Shown: in pieces, positions 1 through 10,200 of the stretch | Layout of the letters: every line of letters begins with the position of its first letter | Numbering within the stretch: position 1 is the stretch's first letter | Assembly: GCA_965227515.1 (NCBI GenBank) | Contig: CBDDFZ010000002.1 | Span: forward strand, 1,184,001 to 1,248,000 | Length of the DNA: 64,000 nucleotides | Reading direction: 5' to 3' | From: Alphaproteobacteria bacterium | GTDB lineage: Bacteria; Pseudomonadota; Alphaproteobacteria; CALKHQ01 | Position numbers and translations under genes: made by a program | The notes under the pieces: model-generated | The model's database searches: none | What the model was told of the DNA's origin: nothing | Seen by the model: only the letters and a program-made list of their open reading frames with translations

Positions 1-148
<148 letters not shown>

Positions 149-150
<2 letters not shown>

Positions 151-218
151 CTCCCCCACCCGGCCACCCAGCAGCATAATTTCGTTGGGCGGCCGGGTGG
201 GGGAGAGGGCTGGTGCCG
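149..218. repeat. REP-like palindrome family A (CCCTCTCCCCCACCCGGCC...GGCCGGGTGGGGGAGAGGG), left arm interrupted by IS110
   Basis: Close match to the reverse complement of 34378-34458; lacks the outer left arm. Confidence 0.85.
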
Positions 219-355
219 GTTTCGCGATAGCGCAAGGCGATATCGCTGAACAAAGCACCGTGGCCCCTTGCCAAACGCGGTCGCCGGGCGCATCTCTGAG
301 GGAGCCGTTTTCCACCGCCAATCGGGGCGCGCCGCGGTCGCCGGCGTGAAATTCC

Positions 356-1327
356 ATGTCCAAGACCCATCACGCGCCGATGCTGATCATCGGCTCCGGC
401 CCGGCCGGCTACACGGCCGCCATCTATGGCGCGCGCGCCAATTTGCGCCCGGTCATGATCCAGGGGCTGCAGCCGGGCGGGCAGCTCACCATCACCACCG
501 ACGTTGAGAACTATCCGGGCTTTGCCGACGTGATCCAGGGGCCGTGGCTGATGGAGCAGATGGCGGCCCAGGCCAAGCACGTCGGCACCGAGATGATCGC
601 CGACACCATCGTCGATGTGGACCTGAATGTGCGCCCGTTCCGCGCGGTGGGCGACAGTGGCGACATCTACACCGGCGACACCCTGGTCATCTGCACAGGC
701 GCGCAGGCGCGCTGGCTGGGCCTGGAGAGCGAGAAGACCTTCCAGGGCTATGGCGTGTCGGCCTGCGCCACCTGCGACGGCTTCTTCTTCCGCAACAAGG
801 CCGTGGCGGTGATCGGCGGCGGCAACACGGCGGTGGAGGAGGCGCTGTACCTCACCAACCACGCCGCCAAGGTGACGCTGATCCACCGCCGCGACGAGTT
901 GCGATCGGAAAAGATCCTGCAGGACCGCCTGTTCGCCAACGACAAGATCGAGGTGCTGTGGGACTCGGTGCTGGAGGAGGTGACCGGCGAAGAGGGGCCG
1001 ATGCCCTATGTCACCGGCATCAAGGTGCGCAACGTCAAGACCGACGCGGTGAGCGACCTCGCCGTCGACGGTGTGTTCGTCGCCATCGGCCACGACCCGG
1101 CGACAGCGCTGTTCAAGGGCAAGCTAGACATGGATGAGGGCGGCTATATCCTGACCGCGCCGGACAGCACGGCAACCTCGATTCCCGGCGTGTTCGCGGC
1201 CGGCGACGTGACCGACCACATCTATCGCCAAGCGGTGACGGCGGCCGGCATGGGGTGCATGGCCGCGCTGGAGGCGGAGAAGTACATCGCCGCTCTGCCG
1301 CGCGACGTGCAGGACGCGGCGGAGTAG
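356..1327 (+). CDS. trxB: Thioredoxin-disulfide reductase
   Basis: [18 protein letters not shown] redox motif, [16 protein letters not shown]. Confidence 0.97.
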   Translation: MSKTHHAPMLIIGSGPAGYTAAIYGARANLRPVMIQGLQPGGQLTITTDVENYPGFADVIQGPWLMEQMAAQAKHVGTEMIADTIVDVDLNVRPFRAVGDSGDIYTGDTLVICTGAQARWLGLESEKTFQGYGVSACATCDGFFFRNKAVAVIGGGNTAVEEALYLTNHAAKVTLIHRRDELRSEKILQDRLFANDKIEVLWDSVLEEVTGEEGPMPYVTGIKVRNVKTDAVSDLAVDGVFVAIGHDPATALFKGKLDMDEGGYILTAPDSTATSIPGVFAAGDVTDHIYRQAVTAAGMGCMAALEAEKYIAALPRDVQDAAE

Positions 1328-1379
1328 CTTTCTAAGGCACATCGGGCGCGGCGTCCGTCGCGCGCGTCATTATCTCTTG

Positions 1380-1415
1380 TGCAGTGCAACAAACTCACTA
1401 TGTTGCAATGCAACA
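1380..1415. promoter_or_regulatory. Inverted repeat TGCAGTGCAACA-N9-TGTTGCAATGCA, candidate transcription-factor operator
   Basis: 12-bp arms with one mismatch in an AT-richer intergenic region upstream of the LysR gene. Confidence 0.45.
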
Positions 1416-1592
1416 TTGAATGATCGGCCGGATTTCACGGTCGCCACGTACGCGAGCCCAGCATCGTAAGTCGGTGCGGGCACCAGGGGAAAAGGGGGAG
1501 GTTCGGGCGTCGCCGTGTTGACGGTGGCGGAGCATGTTATTGTCGGCGGCGAATTGCGTTGCCGGCCAGGAATCGAGACCGCTGCCATGATC

Positions 1593-2483
1593 ATGGATTG
1601 GGATAAGCTCAGAGTCTTTCACGCGGTCGCGGAGGCGGGCAGCTTCACCCGTGCCGGCGAGCAGCTCAAGCTCAGCCAGTCGGCGGTCAGCCGCCAGATT
1701 TCCGGCCTGGAAGACAGCCTGAACATTTCTCTGTTCCGCCGCCACGCCCGCGGGCTGGCGATGACCGAGCAGGGCGAGCGCCTGTACCGCACGGTGCATG
1801 AGGTCTTCGCCAAGCTGGCCGCGACCGAGCGCGCGCTGACCGACAGCAAGATGGAGCCGGTGGGTCACCTGCGCATCGCCACCACGGTGGCGCTGTCCAC
1901 CACGTGGCTGGCGCCGCGCATCATCGAGTTCCTGGACCGCTATCCCGACCTGCGCGTCACCGTGATCGCCGACGACGGCGATGTCGACCTTGGCATGGGC
2001 GAGGCGGACTGCGCCGTGCGCCTGGGCGCGCCGACCCAGTCCGACCTGATCCAGCGCCGGCTGATGACCGTGCACACCCACGTCTATGCGTCTGAGGGCT
2101 ATCTGTCGCGCTGGGGGATGCCGCAACGGGCCGAGGACCTGGACGAGCACCGGCTGATCAGCTTCGGGCTGATGCGCAAGATCCCGGTGCCGTCGATCAA
2201 CTGGCTGCTGACCGCCGGTGCGCCGCACGGCGCGCCGCGCACTCCGGTGCTGGAGGTCAACAACATCTATGCCATGTACCGGGCGGTGCGCAGCGGCGTC
2301 GGCATCGCGGCGCTGCCCGACTATCTGGTGCAGGACCCGCACGGCCTCGTGCGCATCCTGCCGGACATCGGCGCGCCGGAGTTCGAGGCCTACTTCGTCT
2401 ACCCGGCGGAGTTGCGCAACTCGGCCCGCATCCAGGTGTTCCGCGACTTCCTGCTGACCCAGATCTCGGTCACGGCGTTCTGA
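1593..2483 (+). CDS. lsrB: LysR-family regulator, LsrB/VtlR-like
   Basis: MDWDKLRVFHAVAEAGSFT N-terminal HTH; conserved alphaproteobacterial position directly downstream of trxB. Confidence 0.8.
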   Translation: MDWDKLRVFHAVAEAGSFTRAGEQLKLSQSAVSRQISGLEDSLNISLFRRHARGLAMTEQGERLYRTVHEVFAKLAATERALTDSKMEPVGHLRIATTVALSTTWLAPRIIEFLDRYPDLRVTVIADDGDVDLGMGEADCAVRLGAPTQSDLIQRRLMTVHTHVYASEGYLSRWGMPQRAEDLDEHRLISFGLMRKIPVPSINWLLTAGAPHGAPRTPVLEVNNIYAMYRAVRSGVGIAALPDYLVQDPHGLVRILPDIGAPEFEAYFVYPAELRNSARIQVFRDFLLTQISVTAF

Positions 2484-2606
2484 GCCCCGGGCTGGGGGCG
2501 AAATTCGCTCCTTGCCGCACTCTCACCCAGATTTCGCCACCTGCCGTACTATATGGCAGACTTGGATCGTGCCGGTTTGGCCGGCTTGGACGGGAAAGGT
2601 TGCGCA

Positions 2607-2816
2607 ATGGCTCTCGAGAACATCGCCCTGGTCTGCGTGCTGGTGCTCGCCGGCATCTGGGTGGTCGTCATGCTGGCCACGTCGATCGCGATGTTTCCGT
2701 TCGGCTTGCCGATCCTGGGCGTGATCCTGATCGTCGGCTTCTTCTTCTACCGCGTCGTGGTCGACCGGCTGAGGAACAAGGAAGACGACTACTACGAGAA
2801 GAACGTCAAGCAGTAA
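2607..2816 (+). CDS. Small two-TM membrane protein
   Basis: Two hydrophobic stretches, C-terminal RLRNKEDDYYEKNVKQ, GC3-rich codons. Confidence 0.75.
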   Translation: MALENIALVCVLVLAGIWVVVMLATSIAMFPFGLPILGVILIVGFFFYRVVVDRLRNKEDDYYEKNVKQ

Positions 2817-2852
2817 GCGCCGAATTCCCCGCCGATATCCAAGGAGCCGACG

Positions 2853-3170
2853 ATGCTGGTAGCCACGACCGACAGCCTGCCGGGACACGAGATCACCGAG
2901 GTGCTGGGGGTTGCCCGGGGCAACGTCATCCGCGCCAAGCACATCGGGTCCGATATCATTGCCGGCCTGCGCAACATCGTCGGCGGCGAGGTCAGCGAAT
3001 ACACCAAGCTGATGGCCGAGGCGCGCGAGCAGGCCTATGACCGCATGGTCGCCAATGCCCAGCAGATGGGCGCCGATGCCGTGATCGGCATGCGCTTCGG
3101 CACCTCCATGGTGGTCTCCGGCGCCGCCGAGATCCTGGCGTTCGGCACCGCGGTCAAGCTCGCGAAGTAG
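2853..3170 (+). CDS. YbjQ/UPF0145 family protein
   Basis: GLRNIVGGEV, GADAVIGMRF, AFGTAVK motifs; AAGGAG SD. Confidence 0.92.
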   Translation: MLVATTDSLPGHEITEVLGVARGNVIRAKHIGSDIIAGLRNIVGGEVSEYTKLMAEAREQAYDRMVANAQQMGADAVIGMRFGTSMVVSGAAEILAFGTAVKLAK

Positions 3171-3180
3171 CAAAAAAAAT

Positions 3181-3358
3181 TCGACGCCCTCGGCCTTGTG
3201 CCGAGGGCCTATTTATGGCCTTGCTCCAAGGGGTTGCCGAAAAATCGCGTTCTCTGACGGTTGGTCAAACGTGATCGTAGCGTCCTCTGGAAAGCCATTG
3301 CCGACCCGTATCACGCGTGGCATTGCCATGGGTCCTCGCCACGAGGGCGAGGACGACA
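3181..3358. repeat. ~177-bp REP-doublet/MITE-like element (family B)
   Basis: Hairpin ends GCCCTCGGCCTTGTGCCGAGGGC and ATGGGTCCTCGCCACGAGGGCGAGGACGACA shared with 47460-47636 and 61021-61196. Confidence 0.75.
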
Positions 3359-3385
3359 ATGGAGTGGTGGGGAAGATGGCGCCGC

Positions 3386-4117
3386 TTACCGCACCTCGAC
3401 CGACAGGTCGCCAATGGCGTCGATGTGCCCCTCCAGGCGATCGCCGCGCTGAACCGGCCCCACGCCGGAGGGCGTGCCGGTGAAGATCAGGTCGCCGGCG
3501 GCCAGCGTGAACAGGCGCGACAGGTGGGCGATCATCTCCGGCACCTTCCAGACCAACTGGTTCAGGTCGCCGCGCTGGCGCTCCTCCCCGTTCACCTTCA
3601 GCCAGATCGCACCCGCTTGCGGGTGGCCGATTTCGGCCGCCGGACGGACGGCCGAGACCGGGGCCGCGCGCTCGAACGCCTTCGAGACCTCCCACGGTCG
3701 CCCACGCTTCTTCGCCTCGCCCTGCAGGTCGCGCCGCGTCATGTCGAGACCGACGGCATAGCCGTAGACGTAGTCGAGCGCCGACGCCTCGTCGATATCG
3801 GTGCCGCCGCGCCCCAGCGCCACCACCAGCTCGATCTCGTGGTGCACGTCCGAAGACGCGACCGGGTAGGGGAACACGCCGTCGGTGACCAGGCTGTCCG
3901 GGTTCTTCTGGAAGAAGAACGGCTCCTCGCGGTCCGGGTCGTAACCCATCTCCACCGCGTGCGCCGCGTAGTTGCGGCCGACGCAATAGAGCCGGCGCAC
4001 TGGCAACCTGGCCGATGTGCCGTGGACCGGCAGCGCGACCGCTGGCGTGGCCGGGAAAACGAGATCGTTGGCGGTGGTCTCAGCCGGGGCGCCGGCCGGT
4101 CCGGAAGAAGGCGTCAT
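3386..4117 (-). CDS. Fumarylacetoacetate hydrolase family protein (fumarylpyruvate hydrolase-like)
   Basis: YCVGRNYAAHA, PFFFQK, HHEIEL, GLDMTRRDLQ, TGTPSGVG. Confidence 0.92.
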   Translation of the reverse strand: MTPSSGPAGAPAETTANDLVFPATPAVALPVHGTSARLPVRRLYCVGRNYAAHAVEMGYDPDREEPFFFQKNPDSLVTDGVFPYPVASSDVHHEIELVVALGRGGTDIDEASALDYVYGYAVGLDMTRRDLQGEAKKRGRPWEVSKAFERAAPVSAVRPAAEIGHPQAGAIWLKVNGEERQRGDLNQLVWKVPEMIAHLSRLFTLAAGDLIFTGTPSGVGPVQRGDRLEGHIDAIGDLSVEVR

Positions 4118-4175
4118 GCGGGACTAGCTCCTGGAATTGCGACGGCCGCATCGTGGCCCAACGGAGGCTGGGACG

Positions 4176-5603
4176 CTAGCCCCCGTACAGATGCACCCGG
4201 GCGTCGTCGGGGCGATAGGCCGGGTCGTCCCAGGCCAGCATCTTGCCGGGGTTGAGCAAGCCGAACGGGTCGGCCTCGCGCTTGAAGGCCAGTTGCTCCT
4301 CGTCGACCTTCTTCATACCGCCACCCTCCAGCGTGTAATCGTGCGGGTTGAAGATCGGGGCGCCGTGGTCCTCGTGATAGGCGATGATCTCGGCCAGCCG
4401 TTCGTCGGTGGTGTAGCGCACGATCGGCAGCCCGAAACAGGCCACCTGACCGCCAAAATGCACGAACTCCAGGTGCGCCGGCACCTCGCAGCCGAAATGG
4501 TTGTGCATGTGCTCGACCAGGGCGAGATGGTCCGGCGGCGGAAACAGGATCTGCAGGTAGGTGATGGACTTGTCGACCTTCAGCGCCTGCAAGGTGGTGT
4601 GGTTCCAGGCGTATTCGTACAGCGGCACCGCGCCTGCGGCTTCGGCCTCTGCTGCCGTCGCGCGGTAGCACGTGGTGCCGCCCCAGTCCGCCACCAGCGC
4701 GTCAAAGGGGCCGAGCGCGTGGTCGGCGACCATCGTCAGCACGATGGCGTGGCCGGCGGGCAGCACGTCGTTCAGGCCCTTGAAATAGTCCTGGCCGATG
4801 GGGGACGCGATCACCGTGATCAGCTTCTTGACGATGCCAGGCGCCTCACCCAGCGCCTGGGCGAACCGGCATGCGGTCATGAAGTCGGGGAACGTCACCA
4901 CGCTGTCGACCCAGGTTTGCGCCGGCGCGGTCGCGACCGTCACCTCGGTGATGATGCCGTTGGTGCCATAGGCGTGGTTGACCCGCTGCACCGCGTCGCC
5001 TTCCAGCGTCAGCACACGCGGGGTTTCTTCCAGGGTCACCACCCGCGCGCCCAGCACGTTGCCCCGGTCGCGCAGGATGCCGTAGGTGATGGAGCCGACA
5101 CCCGAAGAGCCGCCGGCAACGTATCCGCCGATGGACGCGGTGCGCCGGGTGGAGGGGTAGAAGCGCATCTCCCAACCCTGCGGCTTCAACGCGTTGTCCA
5201 GGTCCAGCAGCTTGACGCCGGGGCCCAGCCGCACGGCACCGGGCCTGATCTCGTGGATCTGGTTCAGGCCCATCATCTCCAGCACGATGCCGCCGGCCAG
5301 CGGCACCGCCTGGCCGTAATTGCCGGTGCCCGCCCCGCGTACGGTGACCGGCAGGCGGCGGCGCACCGCGACTTCCGCCACCTTCAGCACGTCGGCCTCG
5401 TTGCGCGGACGGACCACGATGTCGCCATAGGTGCGCTTGAGTTGCTTGTTCAGCACGGGGCTGTACCAGAAGAAGTCGCGGCTCTTCTGCTTCACAAGCG
5501 CAGGCTCGTCGATCACCGGCACGCCGTCGAGTTCTGCGGCAACCGCAGTCCAGTCGACATCGGCAGTGGCAAATTTCTCGCGCAGATCGCTCATGCTTCG
5601 CAT
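4176..5603 (-). CDS. FAD-binding oxidoreductase (PCMH/VAO-type)
   Basis: RGAGTGNYGQ FAD motif, ASIGGYVAGG, C-terminal DPFGLLNPGK. Confidence 0.9.
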   Translation of the reverse strand: MRSMSDLREKFATADVDWTAVAAELDGVPVIDEPALVKQKSRDFFWYSPVLNKQLKRTYGDIVVRPRNEADVLKVAEVAVRRRLPVTVRGAGTGNYGQAVPLAGGIVLEMMGLNQIHEIRPGAVRLGPGVKLLDLDNALKPQGWEMRFYPSTRRTASIGGYVAGGSSGVGSITYGILRDRGNVLGARVVTLEETPRVLTLEGDAVQRVNHAYGTNGIITEVTVATAPAQTWVDSVVTFPDFMTACRFAQALGEAPGIVKKLITVIASPIGQDYFKGLNDVLPAGHAIVLTMVADHALGPFDALVADWGGTTCYRATAAEAEAAGAVPLYEYAWNHTTLQALKVDKSITYLQILFPPPDHLALVEHMHNHFGCEVPAHLEFVHFGGQVACFGLPIVRYTTDERLAEIIAYHEDHGAPIFNPHDYTLEGGGMKKVDEEQLAFKREADPFGLLNPGKMLAWDDPAYRPDDARVHLYGG

Positions 5604-5640
5604 CCTAGTTGGTCTTGCGATGAGACAAGCTCATCGCTCG

Positions 5641-5720
5641 CGTCGGCCCACTCCCCCACCCAACCGCCCGACAACAGTATGATGCGGGGCGGTTGGGTGG
5701 GGGTGCGGGCTGGTGCCGAC
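5641..5720. repeat. REP-like palindrome family A
   Basis: CTCCCCCACCCAACCGCCC...GGGCGGTTGGGTGGGGGTG with tail GGCTGGTGCCGAC, as at 149-218 and 34378-34458. Confidence 0.8.
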
Positions 5721-5731
5721 TTCATCAATGC

Positions 5732-7096
5732 TCACGATGAGTGAGCATTGAAAAGATGATCCAAGGCGCGATAGTCGGGAAGGCGGCGCTCGATGGCGCG
5801 GCCGTCGCGCAGCACCACGCGGTCGGCCTGTGGCCGCGACAGCAACTCGGCATAGCTGCGGGCGGCGAAGACCACAAGGTCGGCGGGCAGGCCCGCGGCG
5901 ATGCGGCCGCGCTCGGCAAGCCCCATCAGTTGAGCCGGTGTGGCGGTGACCGCGCGCGGCCAGGCGCCCACCGGGCGGTCGAGGTGGCAGATGCGTGCTG
6001 CCTGGGTGAACACCTCCAGTCCGTCCAGGTCGCCATAGCCGTAAAACGGATCGCGGCAGTTGTCGCTGGCCAGCGCCACCGGCGTGCCCTGGGCGGCCAG
6101 CTCATGCACCAGTGTCGGGCCGCGCCAGTGCGGCGAACGGCCGGGCGTGCGGTCCTGAAGATAAAGGTTGCACATCGGCAGGCTGACGACGCCAAGGCCG
6201 GCGTCGGCGACCAGCTTCATCGTGCGCTCGATGACCGGCTGCGGCTGCACCGCCAGCGCGCAGCAGTGGCCACAGACGACCTGATGGCCGAAGTCGAGCC
6301 GCATCGCGGTTTCGGCCACCGTCGGCAGGGCGGAGGCACCGGGGCGACCATGCTCGTCGACGTGGAGGTCGACCGGCAGGTCGCGCTCGGCGGCGAGCCG
6401 GAACAACCGCTCGATCAGCAACGGCTCCTCATCGGTGCTGCCGTCGACCACCGCGCCCAGCACGCCGTCATGGGCGCGCACGACGTCGGCAAGGGCGGCG
6501 GCATCGGCTTCATCGGCGAAGTAGTCGATGTGGACGATGGTGACCGGCTGCAGGTCGATGCGCCTGGCCCAGGCGCGCCTGATCTCATCGAACACCTGCC
6601 ATGTCAGCCGGTCGTGCGGCGGGTAGGAGTCGAGATGGGTGCGGATGGCGACCGTACCATGGGCATAAGCGCCTTCCAGCGCGAAGTTCATCCGCGCGGC
6701 GATGTCCTCGGCGGTCCAGTTGGCATCGCGGTCGGCGCGCACGCTGTTGATCGCGCCCTCGAACGTGCCGTCGGGGTTTTCCGCCCTTGGCCAGATGTGG
6801 CCCTTGTCCAGATGGGTGTGCATGTCAACGAAGCCCGGCCAAACCTGACCGCGATCCAGCTCGACGACTGCTGCGTCCGCCGGCATTTCCGTGGCGCCGG
6901 CGGGCGCGACCGCCGCGATCCGCCCGTCAACGATGTCGATGTCGACCGTAGCGAGGCCGTCACGGTCGACCGCCGCACGGTCCGGCACCTCGTCCAGCAG
7001 GCACGAGGGCACATGCGCGTTGGCGAGCCGCAGGCGCGGCCGCGCCGGCACCTCGATCCATCGCGGCATCGCCGTGGTTGCGGGCGCGCCACCCAT
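5732..7096 (-). CDS. Cytosine deaminase-like amidohydrolase (possible pterin deaminase)
   Basis: HTHLDKGH, RTHLD, HVDE, GHCC, ASDNCRDPFY metal and catalytic motifs. Confidence 0.88.
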   Translation of the reverse strand: MGGAPATTAMPRWIEVPARPRLRLANAHVPSCLLDEVPDRAAVDRDGLATVDIDIVDGRIAAVAPAGATEMPADAAVVELDRGQVWPGFVDMHTHLDKGHIWPRAENPDGTFEGAINSVRADRDANWTAEDIAARMNFALEGAYAHGTVAIRTHLDSYPPHDRLTWQVFDEIRRAWARRIDLQPVTIVHIDYFADEADAAALADVVRAHDGVLGAVVDGSTDEEPLLIERLFRLAAERDLPVDLHVDEHGRPGASALPTVAETAMRLDFGHQVVCGHCCALAVQPQPVIERTMKLVADAGLGVVSLPMCNLYLQDRTPGRSPHWRGPTLVHELAAQGTPVALASDNCRDPFYGYGDLDGLEVFTQAARICHLDRPVGAWPRAVTATPAQLMGLAERGRIAAGLPADLVVFAARSYAELLSRPQADRVVLRDGRAIERRLPDYRALDHLFNAHSS

Positions 7097-7098
7097 GC

Positions 7099-7941
7099 TC
7101 AGTTCTCGCGCTTCACCGCGCTCTCGTGCCACTTTCGCAGCAACAGGTGCGACAGCAGCGAGAACAGCAGGAACAGCACGATGCCGGTGAACGAGATCAG
7201 CACCAGGGCGGCGAACATGCGCGGGATCTTCAGGTCGAAGCCGGCGACCAGGATGCGGGTGGCAAGGCCCGGCGTGCGCCCGTAGGCGACGAACTCACCG
7301 ACGACGGCGCCGATCAGCGACAGGCCGGCGCTGATCCTGAGCGAGGCTAAGAAGTAGGGCAGCGCGCTCGGCAGCCGCAGGAACCACAGCACCTCCCACC
7401 GGTTGGCACCATGCATCTCGAACAGGTTCAAGAGCCCATGGTCGACGCTGCGCAGCCCGATCACGGTGTTGGAGAGGATCGGGAAGAAGGCGACGATCCA
7501 GGCGCAGACGATCATCGCCATGTCGAGATCGTCCAAGAGCGTGATGATCAGCGGCGCGATCGCCACCACCGGCGTCACCTGCAGCACCACCGCGTAGGGG
7601 AAGAAACCGTACTCGACCCAGGTTGAGATGTTGAAGGCGATGGCCAGCCCGACGCCGATCAGCACCGCCCAGAACAGCGCCTGCGCCGTGGTCCACAGGG
7701 TGACCAGCCAGGCCGGCCACAGGATCGACCAGTCATTAACCATGGCGGTGGCGATGGCGCTGGGCGCCGGGAAGATCGAGTTGAAGTACGCGACCTCCTC
7801 GACGTGGATTTTGTAGTAGACCAGCCCTTCCCACAGCAGCAGCACGACGATGCCGATCACGGTCGGCAACAGCCACTGAGCGGTGCGGCGGCTGATCAGC
7901 GGCCGGCGTTCGGGCGCCTGTTGCGCGGCGTCGGCGCTCAT
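7099..7941 (-). CDS. ABC transporter permease (NitT/TauT family)
   Basis: Multiple TM segments, LRLPSALPY, GAVVGEF; ATGA overlap with the ATPase stop. Confidence 0.92.
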   Translation of the reverse strand: MSADAAQQAPERRPLISRRTAQWLLPTVIGIVVLLLWEGLVYYKIHVEEVAYFNSIFPAPSAIATAMVNDWSILWPAWLVTLWTTAQALFWAVLIGVGLAIAFNISTWVEYGFFPYAVVLQVTPVVAIAPLIITLLDDLDMAMIVCAWIVAFFPILSNTVIGLRSVDHGLLNLFEMHGANRWEVLWFLRLPSALPYFLASLRISAGLSLIGAVVGEFVAYGRTPGLATRILVAGFDLKIPRMFAALVLISFTGIVLFLLFSLLSHLLLRKWHESAVKREN

Positions 7942-8789
7942 CGCGAGGCCGGATCCGACATGTCGCCGGCCCGCATGGCGGCCGCCAGGGACTCCGAGGC
8001 GCGGCGGCAATAGTCGTTGTAGGCGCCGGACATGCGGAAGTCGTCACCGCGCGGATAGGGCGCGTCAATGGCGATTTCCTCGAACATGCGGCCGGGGCGC
8101 GCGGTCATCACCACCACACGATTGGACAGGAACACCGATTCGAATACCGAATGGGTGACGAAGATGACCGTCCACTGCTGCTGCCGCCAGAGGTCGAGCA
8201 GGTCGGCGTTGAGCTTGAAGCGGGTGATCTCGTCCAGGGCGGCGAACGGCTCGTCCATCAGCAGCACCCGCGGCCGGGTGGCGACCGCGCGGGCGATGGA
8301 GACGCGCATGCGCATGCCGCCGGACAGCGCGCGCGGATAGGCGTTCAGGAAGTCGGTCAGGCCGACCAGTTCCAGTGCGTCGTTGGCGCGCTGCCGTGCT
8401 TCCCTGGCGCCGACGCCGATAAGCCGCAGCGGGCGCTCGACATTGCCGCGCACGGTCGACCACGGCATCAGGGTCGGCTCCTGGAACACGAAGCCGATGT
8501 CGTGCCTGCCTTCCTCGTGGCTGGCGGCATGATCGGCGGACCAGGCGATGGCGCCGCCGCTGGTCTCGCCCAGGCCGGCGACCATCCGCAACAGGGTGGA
8601 CTTGCCGCAGCCCGACGGTCCCAGCAGGCTGACGAACTCGTGCTGGCCGATGGCGAGCGAGAAATCCTCGACCGCGAGCGTGCCGTTGCTGAACCGCTTG
8701 GCGACGCGGTCGAACGCGATCAGCGGCGTGGCAGATGTGGCGGCTGCTGCCGACGTGCGGTCAACTTGCGCGGTGGGTGCGCTGTTCAT
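7938..8789 (-). CDS. ABC transporter ATP-binding protein (NitT/TauT family)
   Basis: GPSGCGKST, LSGGMRMR, LLMDEPF. Confidence 0.95.
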   Translation of the reverse strand: MNSAPTAQVDRTSAAAATSATPLIAFDRVAKRFSNGTLAVEDFSLAIGQHEFVSLLGPSGCGKSTLLRMVAGLGETSGGAIAWSADHAASHEEGRHDIGFVFQEPTLMPWSTVRGNVERPLRLIGVGAREARQRANDALELVGLTDFLNAYPRALSGGMRMRVSIARAVATRPRVLLMDEPFAALDEITRFKLNADLLDLWRQQQWTVIFVTHSVFESVFLSNRVVVMTARPGRMFEEIAIDAPYPRGDDFRMSGAYNDYCRRASESLAAAMRAGDMSDPASR

Positions 8790-8876
8790 GGTCGTGCGTG
8801 GCCCGCATGCGACTGGCGCATTGGTACCTGATCGCTGTTTCCGCAACCGGTTCGCACGACATCATCAATCATTCAT

Positions 8877-8985
8877 CGTCATGGCCGGGCTTGACCCGGC
8901 CATCCACGCGGTTGTTGCAATACGCAGGCGGCGACGCAGTCCGTCCTCGACTGCGTGGATGCGCGGATCGAGTCCGCGCATGACG
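8877..8985. repeat. CGTC-type REP doublet (family C)
   Basis: CGTCATGGCCGGGCTTGACCCGGCCATCCAC...GTGGATGCGCGGATCGAGTCCGCGCATGACG; same family as 25564-25650. Confidence 0.85.
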
Positions 8986-8990
8986 TGTTG

Positions 8991-10022
8991 TTATTCGCCG
9001 AACGGAATGTCGAGGCCATGCTCCTCGGCAAGCGCCTTCAGGCGTTCCAGGTCGTTGACGAACTGGGTCGTGTAGGCGGCGGCAAATTCCAGTTCCGAGG
9101 CGTACTGACCGACCTGCACCGATGCCTCGAAGAAGTCGCCCCAGCGCGCATCGGTCATGGCGCCGATGCCAAGCCCCAGCGTGTCGCCGCTGTCGACGAT
9201 GCCGTACTCCTTCATACTGGCGATGGAGAACGCGATCTGCTCGTCGGTCATGTCGGGATTGTCGGCCTGGATCGCTGCGTTGCCCGGTGCCGGATCGCCG
9301 TAAAGATAGCTGTACCAGCCGAGGATGGAGGCATCGACGAAGCGCTGCACAAGGTCGGCATTGTCGTCCACCAGCGCCTGCGACGTGGTGATCAGCGTCG
9401 AGTACGGGGTGTAGCCGTAGTCGGCGAGCAGGTAGACGTCCGGGTCGCCGCCCTGCTGTTCCAGCGCGTAGGGCTCGCTGGTCAAGTAGCCCTGCATGAC
9501 GATGGTGTCGTCGGCCAGAAAAGGCGCCGGCGAGAAATTGTAGGGGCCGACCTGACTGTCCTCGAAGCCGTACAGGGCCTGCATGAACGGCCAGTAGGAG
9601 GTGCGCGCATCGGCGGAGATCAGGATCTGCGAGGCGCCCTTCAGGTCCTCGATGGTCGACCAGCCCTGGCTCTCATGGGCGATCCAGACCTGCGGGTCCT
9701 TCTGGAAGATGGCGGCGACCGACAGGAACGGCAGCCCCTCGACCACGAAGTTGTGCGACTCCGAATTGTTGGAGCCCATCAGGAAGTCGATGTTGCCGGC
9801 GACCAGAAGCTGGCGGTGGTTGATCTGCGGCCCGCCGGGGCGGATGTCGACCTCAAGACCGAATGCCTCGTAGATGCCGGTGGCCGCGGCTTGGTAGTAG
9901 CCGCCGTGCTCGGCCTGGGCGACCCAGTTGGTGCCGAAGCTCACCTGGTCCTGCGCCCAGGCGGTGTTGCCCGTCGCCGCGAGTGCGGCAATCGCTGTCG
10001 TGCCCGCCCAAATCAGTCTCAT
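8991..10022 (-). CDS. ABC substrate-binding protein, NMT1/THI5-like
   Basis: Signal peptide ending AWA, TNWVAQAEHGGYYQA, QGYLTSEP. Confidence 0.9.
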   Translation of the reverse strand: MRLIWAGTTAIAALAATGNTAWAQDQVSFGTNWVAQAEHGGYYQAAATGIYEAFGLEVDIRPGGPQINHRQLLVAGNIDFLMGSNNSESHNFVVEGLPFLSVAAIFQKDPQVWIAHESQGWSTIEDLKGASQILISADARTSYWPFMQALYGFEDSQVGPYNFSPAPFLADDTIVMQGYLTSEPYALEQQGGDPDVYLLADYGYTPYSTLITTSQALVDDNADLVQRFVDASILGWYSYLYGDPAPGNAAIQADNPDMTDEQIAFSIASMKEYGIVDSGDTLGLGIGAMTDARWGDFFEASVQVGQYASELEFAAAYTTQFVNDLERLKALAEEHGLDIPFGE

Positions 10023-10200
10023 CGGTATCTCTCCCCTGCTCGCTTTGCATGCACTGGCGGCGGATGCCGGTCGTGCCGAATTGGTTCCGGGCCGCGCCAA
10101 ACCCGTCGGCTGGCCCGCAGCTTGGTCCTCGGGCGCACCATGGCGTAACCGCCGGCCTGTGTACAGCCGCCCAACTGGCCAAACCGCGGTTGGCCGTGGC

